Made by a program: the position numbers and the translations under genes. Below the pieces are notes generated by a model. It made no database searches and was not told the origin of the DNA. It worked only from the letters and a program-made list of their open reading frames with translations. Shown in pieces: positions 61,901 through 64,000 of a DNA stretch of 64,000 nucleotides. The stretch is from NCBI GenBank assembly GCA_964019335.1, contig OZ025666.1:372001-436000 (forward strand), read 5' to 3'. Source of the DNA: Diplonema japonicum. Taxonomy: Eukaryota > Protista > Euglenozoa: Diplonemea. Each line of letters begins with the position of its first letter. The first letter of the stretch is position 1.

Positions 61901-62258
61901 TAAGGCGGATGCGCGACTGGGAACAGCTCTGCACTGATATAGATGAGACGTACGAAAAGGCCAGAGAGAAATGGGAAAAGGACGTTCAGGACCCTATCAA
62001 GAACGGTGTTGGGAAGGTGTTTGTTGAGTACTGGACATCGGACGAAGCGCATGCTGCGCAGGTTGCTCTTGCTGGGAGGCACTTTGATGGGCGTACTGTA
62101 ATCACATCCTTCCTTCCTGAAGAATGGTTCCATGAGCAAACGGTGTGTTGGGGGGGGGGGGAAAAATTATTTTTTTTCAGGAGGGTGGTGGTGAGTCTTT
62201 CGATGAGATTATGAAATCCCTTGAAGGTGGCGGTGAGATTAGGCAGATCGAAGGGTAG
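58973..62258 (+). CDS. U2AF65: U2 snRNP auxiliary factor large subunit; exons 58973-59122, 59160-59315, 59352-59679, 61109-62142, 62181-62258
   Basis: R-rich N-terminus, SGWD ULM, RRM1 ARRLYVGN...FAFVE...RPKNY, RRM2 LLLTFGELK...ALNG, UHM LLNL...EVEKYGRV...GVGKVFVEY...GRHFDGRTVITSF. All four introns are GT-AG and frame-consistent. Confidence 0.9.
59715..61075 (-). mobile_element. Degenerate antisense coding element in U2AF65 intron 3
   Basis: Broken minus-strand ORFs including a Zn-finger-like YRCDIC...LLRHQLYEC. It inflates the intron to 1429 bp against 36-38 bp for the others. No TIR or TSD found. Confidence 0.55.
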
Positions 62259-62721
62259 AAGGAACTGAAGATAAAAAAAGTGGAGGGGGGAGGCAAAGGC
62301 TTGGTCGTTTGGGATATATTAAAAAAAAAAGAAAACCAATGTTAGTGTTTTAAGATGAAAAAAAAAAAAAAGTGTGTTGTTTTATTAAATACTTCAAGAC
62401 AGAAATTGACGTCAATGGACTACCACCTGAAAGGACCTTCCAAGGAAGACTTGGGGGCAGAATAACCAGGCGAAGAGTCAAGTTACCCCAACACCAGGAA
62501 AAAAATTTATTTTATCCCCTCCCATGGTCAAAGGCCTGTGCTTGTAACACTACTTTAAGCCACGGCTAAACAGGTTTTCTCTCTCTTTATTTTTTTTTTT
62601 TTATTTTATTTTTTCTCCCTTTTTCTACGAGTCACCCCCCTCTTTTTTTTCACATAAACTAGAAATGTTTAAAACAAAAAAGAAAAGGACGCAAAAAAAA
62701 GAAATTTGAAAAAAAAATATA

Positions 62722-63713
62722 ATGAATCATAACGTGTTTATAACAGAGGTAGGTATACCCGCACCAGGTCTTCCTGGACCAATAGTAAGCGAGAGCATGA
62801 GAGACACTCGAATACCAAGAAGGGAAATGGTGAAGAATATATATGACTTCCCAAGGTATAAAGAAACGTTACAGAAAGAAAAAGAGGGAAAAAAAAGAAA
62901 AAAAAAAAAAAAAAACCCACCCAGCGTACAAAATTTAAAAGTTGAAAACGGAGACAATCTACCTTGGAGGTACAAAATTCGTCCGCCGGGAAGGGCACCT
63001 GTTTTTAGAATGGCACAGGTATGGATTTTTTTTTTTTTTTTTTCCCCGAAAATTTCAAAAAAAAAAAAAAAAAAAAAAAAAAGGGTAAACGGCATACTCA
63101 TCAAGCACAGAGAATGGCACGGCACCAAGCCATATTCCCTCCAGGGGTTGATGAGAATCAAGGCGGGATGATAAGAATGTTGTCAGAAGCAAAACGGAAG
63201 GAGATAAGCTGTCGGTTGCCCAATGTACGGGCAGCTCCGGAGCGGTGTGAGGAGCTGTGTGAGATCCCTGAATGCAGCAGAAGCCCTTCTGTCGTTTCGG
63301 TGCCCTCTTCTCATTCAGTTAAAAAGAAGATTTTGCGCGAGAGGTTGTCAAAGGAGAGCATGGCTGTAATTGAGTCTCGCTCGGGGATTGAAGTCCCGTT
63401 GCAGCCCCCTACCCCATCTGCCCCACCTCCTATCCCTTGCACACCGATTGCGTCCTCCGTCGTTAGCAACTCTTCGGCCTATGATAATTTAACTTCCGTT
63501 TCTCTCCGTACCCCTCAGACCTCTGCCCACTCCACAAACCTGCAAAGCGGGATTAATCGGTTGCAAAAGAACCTTTTGGAGGAGCAAAGTTACAAAAAAG
63601 AAGTGCAAGACGAGCTCAAATCGCTCAAAGTCCGGCAGGAAGCACTCATCGCAGTCCTCTCCCCAACAGAGAGAGAGGAGCTCCAGAGAAACCTGGCCTC
63701 GAGAGCATCTTAA
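62722..63713 (+). CDS. Hypothetical protein with C-terminal coiled coil; probable introns 62856-62924 and 63019-63083
   Basis: GT...AG introns remove the poly-A/T runs and join two ORFs in frame. Confidence 0.7.
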
Positions 63714-63739
63714 AAAAAAAAAGAAAAAAAGTAGTTTTT

Positions 63740-64000
63740 TTGGTGGTGGGGATAACATGGAAATATAAGAAGTACATCAGATGTGTTGTTCGCTGTTGAC
63801 CTCCTCGTCGGTCATCACCGGTAGCGCCCGAGTGGAAGAACATAATGCAGATGCTCAGGGTGACGAACAGGCAGCAAACTGCACGAGCGCAGAATCTTGG
63901 TTACCCGGGACGCACCGGCTGGGGTTGAGCTGTACACCGCACGCATTAAGGACACGACGCGGAACGCAGAAGAAGCTACAACTCGGCCGCGGTGCGCCCC
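63740..64000 (+). repeat. Dispersed structured repeat, copy 3 (runs off window)
   Basis: Homologous to 42430-42690. Confidence 0.85.

Overview
This is eukaryotic, most likely euglenozoan (diplonemid-like), genomic DNA. That call is an inference from three observations: every host gene is on the + strand, the genes carry short GT-AG introns, and the intergenic RNAs look like single-hairpin AGA-box guides. Host genes are two near-identical BiP/Hsp70 copies (one partial), a secreted Cys-rich repeat protein, an OPA/SLC37-type MFS transporter, four tandem ABCB1-like full transporters plus a relic of a fifth, an AA10 LPMO, a GH18 chitinase, a CAP-like protein, an epsin/ENTH protein, U2AF65 and three hypothetical proteins. 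The main non-coding signal is that the 'repeats' at about 1.0-1.9, 3.3-5.6, 51.8-55.1 and 57.8-58.9 kb are shuffled clusters of about 14 families of box C/D and AGA-box snoRNAs. Their guides match conserved rRNA modification sites, and the largest cluster fills the 3.4-kb first intron of BiP. The ABCB paralogues carry a 143-aa WWE-like insertion inside NBD1 and differ almost only in their transmembrane helices. Mobile DNA includes a 1-kb TIR element with a 6-bp TSD, a degenerate Sola2-like transposon, a non-LTR RT scrap and an antisense element in a U2AF65 intron. An isolated SSU rRNA fragment and a dispersed structured repeat of about 350 bp are also present. All family and target assignments were made by eye and from recalled conserved motifs; no searches were run.
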